From: an uncultured Spirochaetota bacterium
GTDB lineage: Bacteria > Spirochaetota > Brevinematia > Brevinematales > JAOACQ01
NCBI GenBank assembly: GCA_963835575.1
Contig: CAWIGG010000005.1
Coordinates: 256,001 to 320,000, forward strand
Length of the DNA stretch: 64,000 bases
Direction of reading: 5' to 3'
Each line of letters starts with the position of its first letter. Position 1 is the stretch's first letter. Positions 1 through 8,914 of this stretch are shown piece after piece. The position numbers and the translations under genes are program-made. The notes beneath the pieces were generated by a model. It was given only the letters and a program-made list of their open reading frames with translations, was not told the DNA's origin and did no database searches.

Positions 1-772
1 TATAAAACACTTTGTCTTTTAAGGACTCTTTCATAATCGCGTATTTTTCTATGCCAGTACAGTGACAAACGCCGATTTTACCAATATTGTATTTTAATAG
101 TTCGCTTATCAATTTTCCGGTCAGATCATTGTCCGCGTCTTTCAGATGAAAGCCTCCGAGAACAAGGTCTATCGGGATTTGAAAAACAGTCCTGGCGGAT
201 TGAATGATATTTGAAATTCCCCTGTGGGAACATCCGCTTATGATATTCATTTTTTTATCTCTGATGATGACGATAAACTGCTCATCCGTAAAAGTATCTT
301 CAAGAAAACCACTGCTGTCTTTAATGAACATATTTGTAAAATGTGTATCCCAGACGTTTTTTATATCAATATTTGGAATAACAAAAAAACCGGGGTATAT
401 TTCGGTGACATCTTTTACAAACCTGATTCTATGACTGAATAGCGCCTTATCATTTTTTATACCGATGAATTCTTCTTTATTTTTATATTTTGGGGTAAAA
501 AAGCCTTCTTTGATATAAATCGATGCTTTTTGATTTATCCGGCAGAACGGCTCAAGCCCTCCAGCGTGGTCGTAGTGCCCATGGCTTATTATGACCCTAT
601 CAACCTGCGACATATCAATGCCGAGGTTCTCCGCGTTTTTTATAAAATTTCCATCCTGCCCGGTATCGAAAAGGATTTTTTTACCGTCCATTTCTATCAG
701 AAGCGACAATCCATGTTCCGCTGTCAAATTTTTACTGAAAACAGTATTTTCTATTAAGACGGTGATCTTCAA
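1..772 (-). CDS. MBL-fold metallo-hydrolase (runs off the window edge)
   Basis: Not in the ORF track; translated manually from TTG at 772 (RBS AGAGGAGG): MKITVLIEN..AEHGLSLLIE..LFDTGQ..ISHGHYDHAGGL..GCSHRG..GGFHL..CHCTG, the typical MBL motifs. Confidence 0.9.
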   Translation of the reverse strand, partial: MKITVLIENTVFSKNLTAEHGLSLLIEMDGKKILFDTGQDGNFIKNAENLGIDMSQVDRVIISHGHYDHAGGLEPFCRINQKASIYIKEGFFTPKYKNKEEFIGIKNDKALFSHRIRFVKDVTEIYPGFFVIPNIDIKNVWDTHFTNMFIKDSSGFLEDTFTDEQFIVIIRDKKMNIISGCSHRGISNIIQSARTVFQIPIDLVLGGFHLKDADNDLTGKLISELLKYNIGKIGVCHCTGIEKYAIMKESLKDKVFY

Positions 773-792
773 GAAACCTCCTCTGGAGCTGT

Positions 793-1446
793 TTATTTCC
801 TGGCAATGACCATCATATGTTCCACTTCTTTTTTCTGCCAGGGGCTGTATTCCATAATATTTTCTACAGATACTTCGCCGTAATTTTTTAATAAAAGCCT
901 GACCTCTTCTTCAGTGAAAAAATGGTGGACGATATCCCCGTCGGGAGCGTCGATGTGAAGAAAGGAGTTTTTTTCCACCTCGATGGTTTCCGACCCGGAC
1001 ACATATTGATAAAATTCAACAGGGGTTATGATTAAAAACAAAATGCCGCCGTCTTCAATTATATTCTCGATTTCATAAAACATTTTCTCGATTTCCCGGT
1101 ACTTTCCATGGCTCAGCACATTGACGCATACCGCGAAATCATATTTCTCTTGAATGCCGGACAGGTCCTTCAAGTCAAATTGCGACACCTTGATATTATA
1201 AGCCGGTTTGATATTTTGCTTAAGGATTTCCAGCGCGTTTATCGATGAATCGACGGCATGGACAAAATATCCTTTTTCAGCAAAATAGATGGAATGCCTG
1301 CCGGTCCCGCATCCCAGGTCTATGATTTTTCTAATGCTGTTTTTTTTTAAGGCTTCAAAATATTTCACGAGGTTTTCGTTGGGTCCGCTGATCACCAGTT
1401 CCCGGTTTTTAAATAAATCGTTCCAGTCTGCCATTTTATTCTCCAC
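793..1446 (-). CDS. class I SAM-dependent methyltransferase (TehB-like)
   Basis: IIDLGCGTGRHS motif I, AVDSS motif II. Confidence 0.85.
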   Translation of the reverse strand: MENKMADWNDLFKNRELVISGPNENLVKYFEALKKNSIRKIIDLGCGTGRHSIYFAEKGYFVHAVDSSINALEILKQNIKPAYNIKVSQFDLKDLSGIQEKYDFAVCVNVLSHGKYREIEKMFYEIENIIEDGGILFLIITPVEFYQYVSGSETIEVEKNSFLHIDAPDGDIVHHFFTEEEVRLLLKNYGEVSVENIMEYSPWQKKEVEHMMVIARK

Positions 1447-1451
1447 ATATA

Positions 1452-1895
1452 TTATAACATTTTATTTGTAATCCAATTTTTCGCGTCTTCGGAAATTTTC
1501 ATTTTATTTAAAATATCTTCCGGGATTTTAACAGGCTTTTTCGTTTCTTTCAGGATAAAGCAATGTTCCGTATAGCCGTAACAGAGCAGTTCATTTTCAT
1601 CTCTGAAAATCAGATAATCCACACGGATTTTAGCGCGGGTGATTTTTGTAAAAGCCGCATGGACCCTGATTTCATCGTCAAAGTAGGCCGGAGAAACATA
1701 TTTTGTAAACACTTTTGTCACCGGCAGCAGGATACCTTTTGTTTCCAGTTCCCTGTAATTGACCCCGCAATCACGGAATAAATTCATGCGCGCCAGTTCC
1801 ATCCAAATGGTATGATTGGAATGATGTATAAACCCCATCTGGTCGCTTTCTTCGTAGCAGGCGCGGATTTTAGTGATATTTATCATATAATTCAC
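1452..1895 (-). CDS. acyl-CoA thioesterase, YbgC/FadM (4HBT) family
   Basis: YEESDQMGFIHHSNHTIWMELAR, SPAYFDDEI hotdog-fold motifs. Confidence 0.85.
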   Translation of the reverse strand: MNYMINITKIRACYEESDQMGFIHHSNHTIWMELARMNLFRDCGVNYRELETKGILLPVTKVFTKYVSPAYFDDEIRVHAAFTKITRAKIRVDYLIFRDENELLCYGYTEHCFILKETKKPVKIPEDILNKMKISEDAKNWITNKML

Positions 1896-2626
1896 CTCAA
1901 TTTTAATATAAATACCATAATAAAAATTCCCGCCATCATAAAAATAATCTGATGGGGAAGTTTCATTCTGGTATGATGATGGGTCATGGGAATCAGATCG
2001 CCGATTGCGATATAGATAAAACTTGAGGCGGCAAGAGCGATGATATAAGGAATGGCCGTCTTAACCTGAGAAAGAAAATAGAATCCCAGGATGCCGCCAA
2101 GCAGGCTGGTTGCCCCGGACAGTAAATTATACCAGTAGGCCTTTTTTGGGGAAAACCCGCTCTTGAGTAGAATAACAAAGTCGCTGATTTCCTGCGGCGC
2201 CTCATGAGCAGCGACAGACAGGGCGATTATCAATCCCTGTTCAAAACCCATGAGAAAACCGGCCGCGATAGCGGCTCCGTCCATGAAATTATGAACCCCG
2301 TCGCCGACCAATACAAGGACGCCGCTCTGCGTATGCGCCTCGCATTCAGGATTATGGCAATGTTTCAGTATTAAAAGCCTTTCAAGCAGATAAAACAATA
2401 AAATCCCGAACAATAAAACTGCCATGATAATGCCGGTATTGCCTGAAGCCAATGCTTTAGGAATCATGCTGATAAAAGCCGTCGCCAGCATAATGCCTAT
2501 AGCGAATGAGATTAATCCTTCGGTGATGACCGGATGGTTCAATTTTTTGGCGATAACAATAAAAAACGCCAGGCTGATTGAAACTAATGTGGATAAAACA
2601 ATGAATAAAATTATCCAGAACAGCAT
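1892..2626 (-). CDS. ZIP family metal transporter
   Basis: GDGVHNFMDG and AAHEAPQEISDF metal-site motifs, His-rich loop, multiple TM segments. Confidence 0.9.
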   Translation of the reverse strand: MLFWIILFIVLSTLVSISLAFFIVIAKKLNHPVITEGLISFAIGIMLATAFISMIPKALASGNTGIIMAVLLFGILLFYLLERLLILKHCHNPECEAHTQSGVLVLVGDGVHNFMDGAAIAAGFLMGFEQGLIIALSVAAHEAPQEISDFVILLKSGFSPKKAYWYNLLSGATSLLGGILGFYFLSQVKTAIPYIIALAASSFIYIAIGDLIPMTHHHTRMKLPHQIIFMMAGIFIMVFILKLR

Positions 2627-2666
2627 GAATTTTTCTCCTCTATTTGTTTATTCAATAAAACGATAA

Positions 2667-3719
2667 TCACGATTGTCTTTCTAAATTTATTTTACAATGC
2701 GGACACTTCAATGTAGAGCAGGGTATGCCGGGCCGGTGGTCGATTTTATAACCGCATTGCGGACATGCGCAATAGCCACCCGGGCCTTTACCGGACAGTT
2801 CTTCGGTTTCTTTTTTGAACCTGCCTCTTTTCTGCCAGCCGAAACCTCTGCCGAAGGACGGACTGTAAAATCCCGTCGAAACATCGTGGCTTTCTATCTG
2901 GATCACGACAAAAATGAGATTCCTGATTTCTTTAATAAGCTTTTCCCTTAACATACCGGAAACTTTCGCGGCGTTCTCCACGCTTAAATTGCCCGGAAGT
3001 TTTATCGCCAAATTGGCGGTTATTACAGCGCCTTTTTTCTGTGTCTTTAAAGAGGCGATTTCTATCTTATTTTCTCCGGCTATCGATTTTATTTTTTGCT
3101 CTATTTCCCCGCCCGCGGAAACATCGAGTAATGAATCGACCGCTTCTTTGCCGAGAGAAATAGACTCCTTGATGATATAAAGGCCGATCAGCAAAGCCAG
3201 CGCCGGATCGGAATATGTCCAGTATTTTGCCAGGAACAAACCGGCCAGAACCGCTAAAGAAACAAAAACATCAACCCTGGAATGGATCCCGTCCGATAGC
3301 AGGGCAATGGAATTCTCTTTTTTCCCGAAATGTATTTTCAACCGCGCCATAATTTCATTAATGACCGCCGAAAAAATCATAACTATAAATGCGAGATTAT
3401 CTATTTTCATTTTTTGGGGTTTAATGAATCCCTGATAAGCGTTATAAATAATCCCCAAACCTGTGCCGAGCAATATCAAAGTGATAATGGCGCCGGCTAA
3501 AACCTCGAACTTATAATGACCGTAAGGATGTTTTTCATCGACCGGTTTTTTGGAAATTTTAATTCCGATAAATCCGATGGCTGAAGCGAAAATATCCATG
3601 AAAGAATGCAGTCCTTCAGCTAAAACCGCCGCGGATTTTGTCATGATTCCCGCCGCGATTTTTCCGCCGGCTAAGATTATGTTTATAAAGATTGAAATGA
3701 CAGCCATTTTTTCTTTCAT
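2667..3719 (-). CDS. cation diffusion facilitator with C-terminal Cys-rich extension
   Basis: AEGLHSFMD, HPYGHYKFE, SDGIHSRVD CDF motifs; C-terminal CxCxxC...C...CxxC. Confidence 0.9.
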   Translation of the reverse strand: MKEKMAVISIFINIILAGGKIAAGIMTKSAAVLAEGLHSFMDIFASAIGFIGIKISKKPVDEKHPYGHYKFEVLAGAIITLILLGTGLGIIYNAYQGFIKPQKMKIDNLAFIVMIFSAVINEIMARLKIHFGKKENSIALLSDGIHSRVDVFVSLAVLAGLFLAKYWTYSDPALALLIGLYIIKESISLGKEAVDSLLDVSAGGEIEQKIKSIAGENKIEIASLKTQKKGAVITANLAIKLPGNLSVENAAKVSGMLREKLIKEIRNLIFVVIQIESHDVSTGFYSPSFGRGFGWQKRGRFKKETEELSGKGPGGYCACPQCGYKIDHRPGIPCSTLKCPHCKINLERQS

Positions 3720-4690
3720 ATCAATTCCTTATTATAATGAACCAGGTAATATAAAACGTTGTTTTCCGCCCTGGCGATGACCTTGCCTTGACTTATCAAA
3801 TCTTCTATGTGTTTTAAAACCTCGTTTCTGTGAATATGGAGACCGGCCGCGATACCGTCAATGGAACAGGGCCGCCTTTTCAGAAGATTGAAAATCTCAT
3901 CTTTACTTGCATTAAAGTACAGGTCTTTATGAATCTCATTAAAATCAGCGATTATTTCCACTTCCCCCTTAAAAAGCTTTTTTATCTCAATCATTTGTTT
4001 CATCGGGACAGGATATGCGTAAGACTCGGCGGGAGGGCGGGTTACCGTGTTCAATTGAATTTTATCCGGGTTTATTTTTTCCGCCAAGGCCGAGATTTTA
4101 TTTATTTCCGATTCAATCGCGGTCACGCCTCCCAGGAGAAAGACCTCAAGCCATAACTCGTTTGAAAATTCGCTTTTAAAGCCGGCTATTCCCTCCCCCA
4201 TTCTTTCCAATGTTATGTCATTATGAGGCCTGTCCACATATTTAAATAAATCGTCATTTCCCGCGTCTAAAGAAGGAATGACCAGGTCCGCTTCCTTCAG
4301 GCCCTCCTGAACGTCCTTATCCCATAATAAAGAACCGTTTGTCAATACCGCCACGGGAAAATCCGTTCTTGATTTTATTCCCGCAATTAACTCTTTCAGT
4401 CTGAGATATAAGGTCGGTTCGCCCGAGCCGGACAGGGTTATATAATCAATGATGCAGTCCTCTCGCAGCTTCCGGTCAATTTCCTTCAAAATATATTCCA
4501 GCGGCGCATACTCTTTCCTCTCAGTGGTTTTATTTGTTGTCCGGCCAAGCTGGCAGTATATACAATCATAAGAGCAGGTTTTATAAGGAACCAGGTCAAC
4601 TCCAAGCGAATGTCCCAGCCTTCTTGAGGGAACGGGACCGAAAACGTACCGGTATGTTTTTTCTTTCAAAGCGTTCTCCTTTTTTTCCAT
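3716..4690 (-). CDS. radical SAM protein
   Basis: FGPVPSRRLGHSLG, CSYDCIYC (CxxxCxxC), SGSGEPTL. Confidence 0.9.
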   Translation of the reverse strand: MEKKENALKEKTYRYVFGPVPSRRLGHSLGVDLVPYKTCSYDCIYCQLGRTTNKTTERKEYAPLEYILKEIDRKLREDCIIDYITLSGSGEPTLYLRLKELIAGIKSRTDFPVAVLTNGSLLWDKDVQEGLKEADLVIPSLDAGNDDLFKYVDRPHNDITLERMGEGIAGFKSEFSNELWLEVFLLGGVTAIESEINKISALAEKINPDKIQLNTVTRPPAESYAYPVPMKQMIEIKKLFKGEVEIIADFNEIHKDLYFNASKDEIFNLLKRRPCSIDGIAAGLHIHRNEVLKHIEDLISQGKVIARAENNVLYYLVHYNKELI

Positions 4691-4904
4691 CCCGTGTTTC
4701 CTTTAAAAACACAGTATGGAATAAAAACATAGCCGCGCTAAAACCTCAAAACAGCCGCCCATCAATCTAAAGCCGTATAAATAAAGCGCAATCCAATAAA
4801 CGGCTTAAATATATTTATCGAGGAGAGGCCTTTCCGGGCGTACGGACTGAAGTCCTGCAATAAGGCCGGAAGAATAATCACATTTGTCCTGTAAACTGAA
4901 GCTT

Positions 4905-5213
4905 TCAGCCTTTTTTAATTTTTCCTATTTCTTCTTCCACTTCGGCGGCGCCCCTGTCGTAAAATTTCTCCTCATCCGGCGCGAGATGCTTTAAAAGCCT
5001 CAGAAATTCCCCGGCGTGCACCCGCTCCTCATCCGCTATGTCCTTTAACACTTCACGCGCCAGCTTATCATCGGTTGACTCCGCGAGCTGCATATAAAGC
5101 TGGACGGCCTCGTACTCCGCGGCAATCATAAATCTCACCGCGCGGACAAGTTCTTCATGGTTCAGCTTGCGGTCATTCGCAAGCCCCGAAAATGCTGTAC
5201 TGAATTCAGGCAT
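4905..5213 (-). CDS. small ferritin/rubrerythrin-like protein
   Basis: EYEAVQLY and DIADEERVHAGEF di-iron ExxH motif. Confidence 0.85.
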   Translation of the reverse strand: MPEFSTAFSGLANDRKLNHEELVRAVRFMIAAEYEAVQLYMQLAESTDDKLAREVLKDIADEERVHAGEFLRLLKHLAPDEEKFYDRGAAEVEEEIGKIKKG

Positions 5214-5299
5214 AGCCTGCCTCCTGCGATTGATTGTTTTTTAATACGGACTTAAGTGATATTTATCATACCCGGCCTCTATTATGTTATCCGGACTCT

Positions 5300-6253
5300 T
5301 TATTTATCATCCGGTTCCGGCGTCGTTAAAGTATCGTAATATTTCACAAAATTGTCTTTTTCAGCAGAATCCCTGAAAGCTATAGCGCTGCGCGGGTGCT
5401 CATTGAGCATGCCCGATATCATATAGGGAATGATATATCCCCATTCCACCTGCCTGCCGAGCGGCAGGTAATGGTCCTGGATCAGCCTCAATACGGGCCT
5501 TAAATCGAATTTCGGGTTTTTTAAAAAATGAAGGAGCAGTTCCAGGGGGCAGTTGCCGGGGCCTCTCCCGATCCCGTAAACGGAAGCGTCCAGAATATTC
5601 GAATTGTCGATAATGGCCTGAATGGTATTCGCGAACGCGAGCTGGCGGTTATTGTGAGTGTGGATACCGATCGTCTTGCCGGGCAGGGCCTCCCTGTATT
5701 TTTTAACGAGATATGTCACATCTTCGCTGTACATGTTGCCGTAGGAGTCCACCACATAAACATAAGGGATTTTTGTTTTGCTTAAATCCAGCAGGGCTTC
5801 GTCAATATCTTTTTCAAGGTTTGTGGATACCGCCATCAGATTGATCGTTGTTTCATAACCTTTACCCATGCAATGTTCCGCTAAAGCGATGCCTTTATCG
5901 ATATCTTTGATATAACAGGCCACCCTGATCATATCAAAAATCGACTGCTCAACCGGCAGGATATCTTTTTCCTCAACCCGGCCTATATCCACCATACAGG
6001 CGAGTTTTATACCGGACTCAATGCCGTCTATGACTTTCTTTACATCGTCTTCTTCGCAAAAACGCCATTTGCCGAATTCTTTGGGGTCAAACTGGCTTTT
6101 CGATGCCTTATAGCCGATTTCCATATAATCAACGCCGGCTTCCGACAGCGCCTGATAGGTGGCCCTGACAAACTCGTCGCTGAATTGCCATTTGTTAATC
6201 AGCCCGCCGTCCCTGATCGAGCAATCGAGCACTTTAATTTCCGGTCTGAACAT
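5300..6253 (-). CDS. HMGL-like (DRE-TIM) aldolase, 4-hydroxy-2-oxovalerate aldolase-like
   Basis: LDCSIRDGG, VVDSYG, GIHTHNN, GRGPGN. Confidence 0.8.
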   Translation of the reverse strand: MFRPEIKVLDCSIRDGGLINKWQFSDEFVRATYQALSEAGVDYMEIGYKASKSQFDPKEFGKWRFCEEDDVKKVIDGIESGIKLACMVDIGRVEEKDILPVEQSIFDMIRVACYIKDIDKGIALAEHCMGKGYETTINLMAVSTNLEKDIDEALLDLSKTKIPYVYVVDSYGNMYSEDVTYLVKKYREALPGKTIGIHTHNNRQLAFANTIQAIIDNSNILDASVYGIGRGPGNCPLELLLHFLKNPKFDLRPVLRLIQDHYLPLGRQVEWGYIIPYMISGMLNEHPRSAIAFRDSAEKDNFVKYYDTLTTPEPDDK

Positions 6254-6290
6254 AGTGATATCTCCTTCATAATTTGAAATAATTAGTGTA

Positions 6291-6335
6291 AAAAAAACAC
6301 CGCGGGGGATCCGGTGCCCGGATTTTCCCCGTGAT
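6291..6335 (-). terminator. probable intrinsic terminator
   Basis: minus strand CACGGGGAAAATCCGG-GCA-CCGGATCCCCCGCGGTG followed by T8. Confidence 0.5.
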
Positions 6336-6348
6336 CCTTATGCCCGTC

Positions 6349-6717
6349 TTAATGACAATGGCTGTGCCGGCAGGCGTTTTCCGCCGATAATTCACCGAGT
6401 TCATTCTTTTTGTATTTCATAATTATCTCATCGACGGACAGCGCGTTTTCGGCATAATAAACTTTCATTCCAAGGGCGTTCAGTTTTTCAACGGCGCGGA
6501 TTCCCATGCCGCTGCAGACAACAGCTTCGACTTGATTTTCTATTAATCCGTCCGCCGGCTGGCATTGGCCATGTTCATGTTCCTTATTGCCGTTGTCAAT
6601 AAAGCTTAAAACGCCGGTTTGAGCTTCAAAAACGGCATAATAGGGAGCGCTGCCGAAATGGCCGTAAACAATGGATTTCAATCCATTCATGTTTTCTGTG
6701 GGGATTGCGACTTTCAT
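6349..6717 (-). CDS. NifB/NifX family protein
   Basis: MKVAIP..GHFGSAPYY..CSGMGIRA; His/Cys-rich tail; ATG 6717 after GGAGG. Confidence 0.85.
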   Translation of the reverse strand: MKVAIPTENMNGLKSIVYGHFGSAPYYAVFEAQTGVLSFIDNGNKEHEHGQCQPADGLIENQVEAVVCSGMGIRAVEKLNALGMKVYYAENALSVDEIIMKYKKNELGELSAENACRHSHCH

Positions 6718-6742
6718 AATATATTCCTCCAATAGAATACTT

Positions 6743-7366
6743 TTATTTTTTATAACTTTTTAATACGACAAATCCGCCCGTGTCATGCCCTCTTTTAAAG
6801 GGCTGTATTTTGTTTTTAAATTCAAACAGCGTTTGCTTTGACTCCAGTCCTGTAAAACCGGCGGATTTTAACAGTCCCATGACCTCCCGGACCCGGTAAA
6901 ATTTCGCCTGTTTATAAAACCGGCTTTTATCTTTATTCTCAAAATAAAACCGGCCTATCTTACTTTCCAGCGGTACAAAACCAATCAGGATAAAACCGCC
7001 GGGTTTGATTACCCTGAAAGCTTCCTTTAAAGCACGCGCCGGGTTGTCCAGAAAGCAGATGGTCGTAATCAGCGCCGCGAAATCAAAGGCATTATCCGGC
7101 AGGGGTAAGTTCTCGGCGTAAGCCCGGATGACCTTCAGCCCTTTTTTTAGAGAGAGTTTCGCCATTTCCTTTGAAGGTTCTATGCCCATTTTAATTCCAA
7201 GGGGCAGGGCGAACCTGCCGCTGCCGCTACCGATTTCAATCCCGTTTAAGCCATCGGGAATAAAACTTTTAATCAGCCCCAGTTCGGAAAGGAAAACGGC
7301 TTCATTCCTTTCAAACCATTTCTCATAATCGTCAGAATATTGATTAAAAGTTTCAACTCCTGGCAT
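6743..7366 (-). CDS. class I SAM-dependent methyltransferase (Methyltransf_11-like)
   Basis: IEIGSGSGRF, AENLPLPDNAFD, RVIKPGG; start taken at ATG 7366 after GGGGAG. Confidence 0.85.
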   Translation of the reverse strand: MPGVETFNQYSDDYEKWFERNEAVFLSELGLIKSFIPDGLNGIEIGSGSGRFALPLGIKMGIEPSKEMAKLSLKKGLKVIRAYAENLPLPDNAFDFAALITTICFLDNPARALKEAFRVIKPGGFILIGFVPLESKIGRFYFENKDKSRFYKQAKFYRVREVMGLLKSAGFTGLESKQTLFEFKNKIQPFKRGHDTGGFVVLKSYKK

Positions 7367-7670
7367 CCGGTTCTCCCCACAAAGGATCATTGCCGAATTT
7401 TTTATTCCAGAACTCTTCCGGTGAAATTAGCCTGTCAACATCATCCCGGGAGAAAGAAACAGGGTATTGATTGCAGTAATTTATCAATAATTTACCCGCG
7501 TATAATATGTCCCTTGTTTTTTCTTCGCATAGTCTTTTATCTTCCCCACACCTGTCCGGATGCCATTTTTTCAGCAAGTCTTTATATTTCTGGGTTACGG
7601 TGCTGATACTAGCCTGTTCCGGAATGTCCAGAATCTGCCTGGCCTTTGTTATTTCTTCATATAATCCCAT
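7353..7670 (-). CDS. DnaJ (J-domain) protein
   Basis: ARQILDI..YKDLLKKWHPDR (HPD motif). Confidence 0.85.
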   Translation of the reverse strand: MGLYEEITKARQILDIPEQASISTVTQKYKDLLKKWHPDRCGEDKRLCEEKTRDILYAGKLLINYCNQYPVSFSRDDVDRLISPEEFWNKKFGNDPLWGEPDARS

Positions 7671-7678
7671 ACAGGTTC

Positions 7679-8029
7679 CTATTTAGACGGTTTTTCCGGC
7701 AGGCGGCAGCAGCCGTCATCCTTTAAATCCGTTCCTTTTGCAAGAACTCCGGAATATTCTTTATGACGCCGGTAAAATGTGACGGCGTAAGAACAGGACG
7801 GATTGACCTTCAGCCCTTTTTCCCGCACGAAATCGGAAAATCCGGTCAATAAGGCTTCGGCGATCCCCTGCCCGCGAAGGTCCGGGTGGACATAGGTCTG
7901 GAACAAATCAACGGTCGAAGAATCGATAAATTCATAAACCGCTTCGCAGTGATACCCGTCATGGTCGCAATAAAAGCTTTTTGTCGTTTCATCATGGATA
8001 ATGGCGAACTTTTTTGTTTTTCCAATCAT
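7679..8029 (-). CDS. GNAT family acetyltransferase (YjdJ-like)
   Basis: TYVHPDLRGQGIA, VNPSCSY; ATG 8029 after GGAGG. Confidence 0.85.
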   Translation of the reverse strand: MIGKTKKFAIIHDETTKSFYCDHDGYHCEAVYEFIDSSTVDLFQTYVHPDLRGQGIAEALLTGFSDFVREKGLKVNPSCSYAVTFYRRHKEYSGVLAKGTDLKDDGCCRLPEKPSK

Positions 8030-8079
8030 AAGAATTATGCCTCCCTGGAAATTATTTTGTATGTATATCTGCGACCCTG

Positions 8080-8547
8080 TTATTCTGATTTTTCCATTTG
8101 CCGGTGGCCGCATCTTCCGCCCTGGCGTGAGCATCCCCTATCATCCGGGTGCCGGTGAATATTGGCGCTCCGGCATTGCGGGCATATTGCAGGATGTCCC
8201 GTGCCGAAAGGTAAAGACCATACATGTTTGCAATCATAACAGAGAAATTTTCTTTCCGACATATTGACATGACCTCCTTCGATTTTTACGGCTTTGCCGT
8301 TAATGAGAGCGTCCGCGACTTTTTTCCTTGCCGATTCGATAATATTGCCGAAAGTCTGCCGGGAAACATTCATTTTTTGGGCGGCTTCTTCCTGATACAG
8401 GCCCTCCAGGTCGGCCAGGCGCAGGGCTTCCAGTTCATCCAAATTTAATGCAACTATATCAAGATTGGATACCGGAATTCCGGCAGGTTTGAAGAACAGG
8501 GTATCGGGACTGAAATCGACTTTTCTGCATTTCATCGGTCTCGGCAT
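8080..8547 (-). CDS. DUF134 predicted DNA-binding regulator with C-terminal Zn ribbon
   Basis: MPRPMKCRKV..DELEALRLADLEGLYQEEAAQKMNVSRQTF; CYDC..CPQC. Confidence 0.9.
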   Translation of the reverse strand: MPRPMKCRKVDFSPDTLFFKPAGIPVSNLDIVALNLDELEALRLADLEGLYQEEAAQKMNVSRQTFGNIIESARKKVADALINGKAVKIEGGHVNMSERKFLCYDCKHVWSLPFGTGHPAICPQCRSANIHRHPDDRGCSRQGGRCGHRQMEKSE

Positions 8548-8583
8548 ACTGCCTCCCTATTTAATTTATGTTAATATAATATT

Positions 8584-8883
8584 TCAGATTAAAAAGTCGA
8601 TCATATCCCTTTCACGAAGCATCCTTCTTTTCCAGGCTGATATTCCCGGAACGCTGTAAGGAAGCAGGCGGAGGGAATAATAGGACGGAATGACAGGTAT
8701 TCCAATCATATTCCCGGCATTTATCAGCATAAACAGGTGATCCGAGTCTATTCGGGCTTTTAAAGCAAAACCGGCCATGCCGTACCCTGACAATCCGTAA
8801 AAGAAACCCTTTAAAAAATTTAACGCTTTATAAACTCTTTTCAGACTCAGCACTTTATACCTCCTGTGAAAGATCATGATCAT
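8584..8883 (-). CDS. small hypothetical protein, resembles the CstA/ArsA-associated cory-CC-star-type family
   Basis: LFML..IGIPVIPSYYSLRLLPY..WKRR pattern; start uncertain. Confidence 0.45.
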   Translation of the reverse strand: MIMIFHRRYKVLSLKRVYKALNFLKGFFYGLSGYGMAGFALKARIDSDHLFMLINAGNMIGIPVIPSYYSLRLLPYSVPGISAWKRRMLRERDMIDFLI

Positions 8884-8914
8884 TTATTTCACAGCTCTTT
8901 ATCCTGTTCTTCAT

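Noticed and set aside
204..809. Short plus-strand ORFs
   Set aside because: Antisense shadows of the MBL hydrolase gene
4700..4900. Intergenic hairpins as a possible riboswitch
   Set aside because: Stems present, but no riboswitch consensus I can recognise
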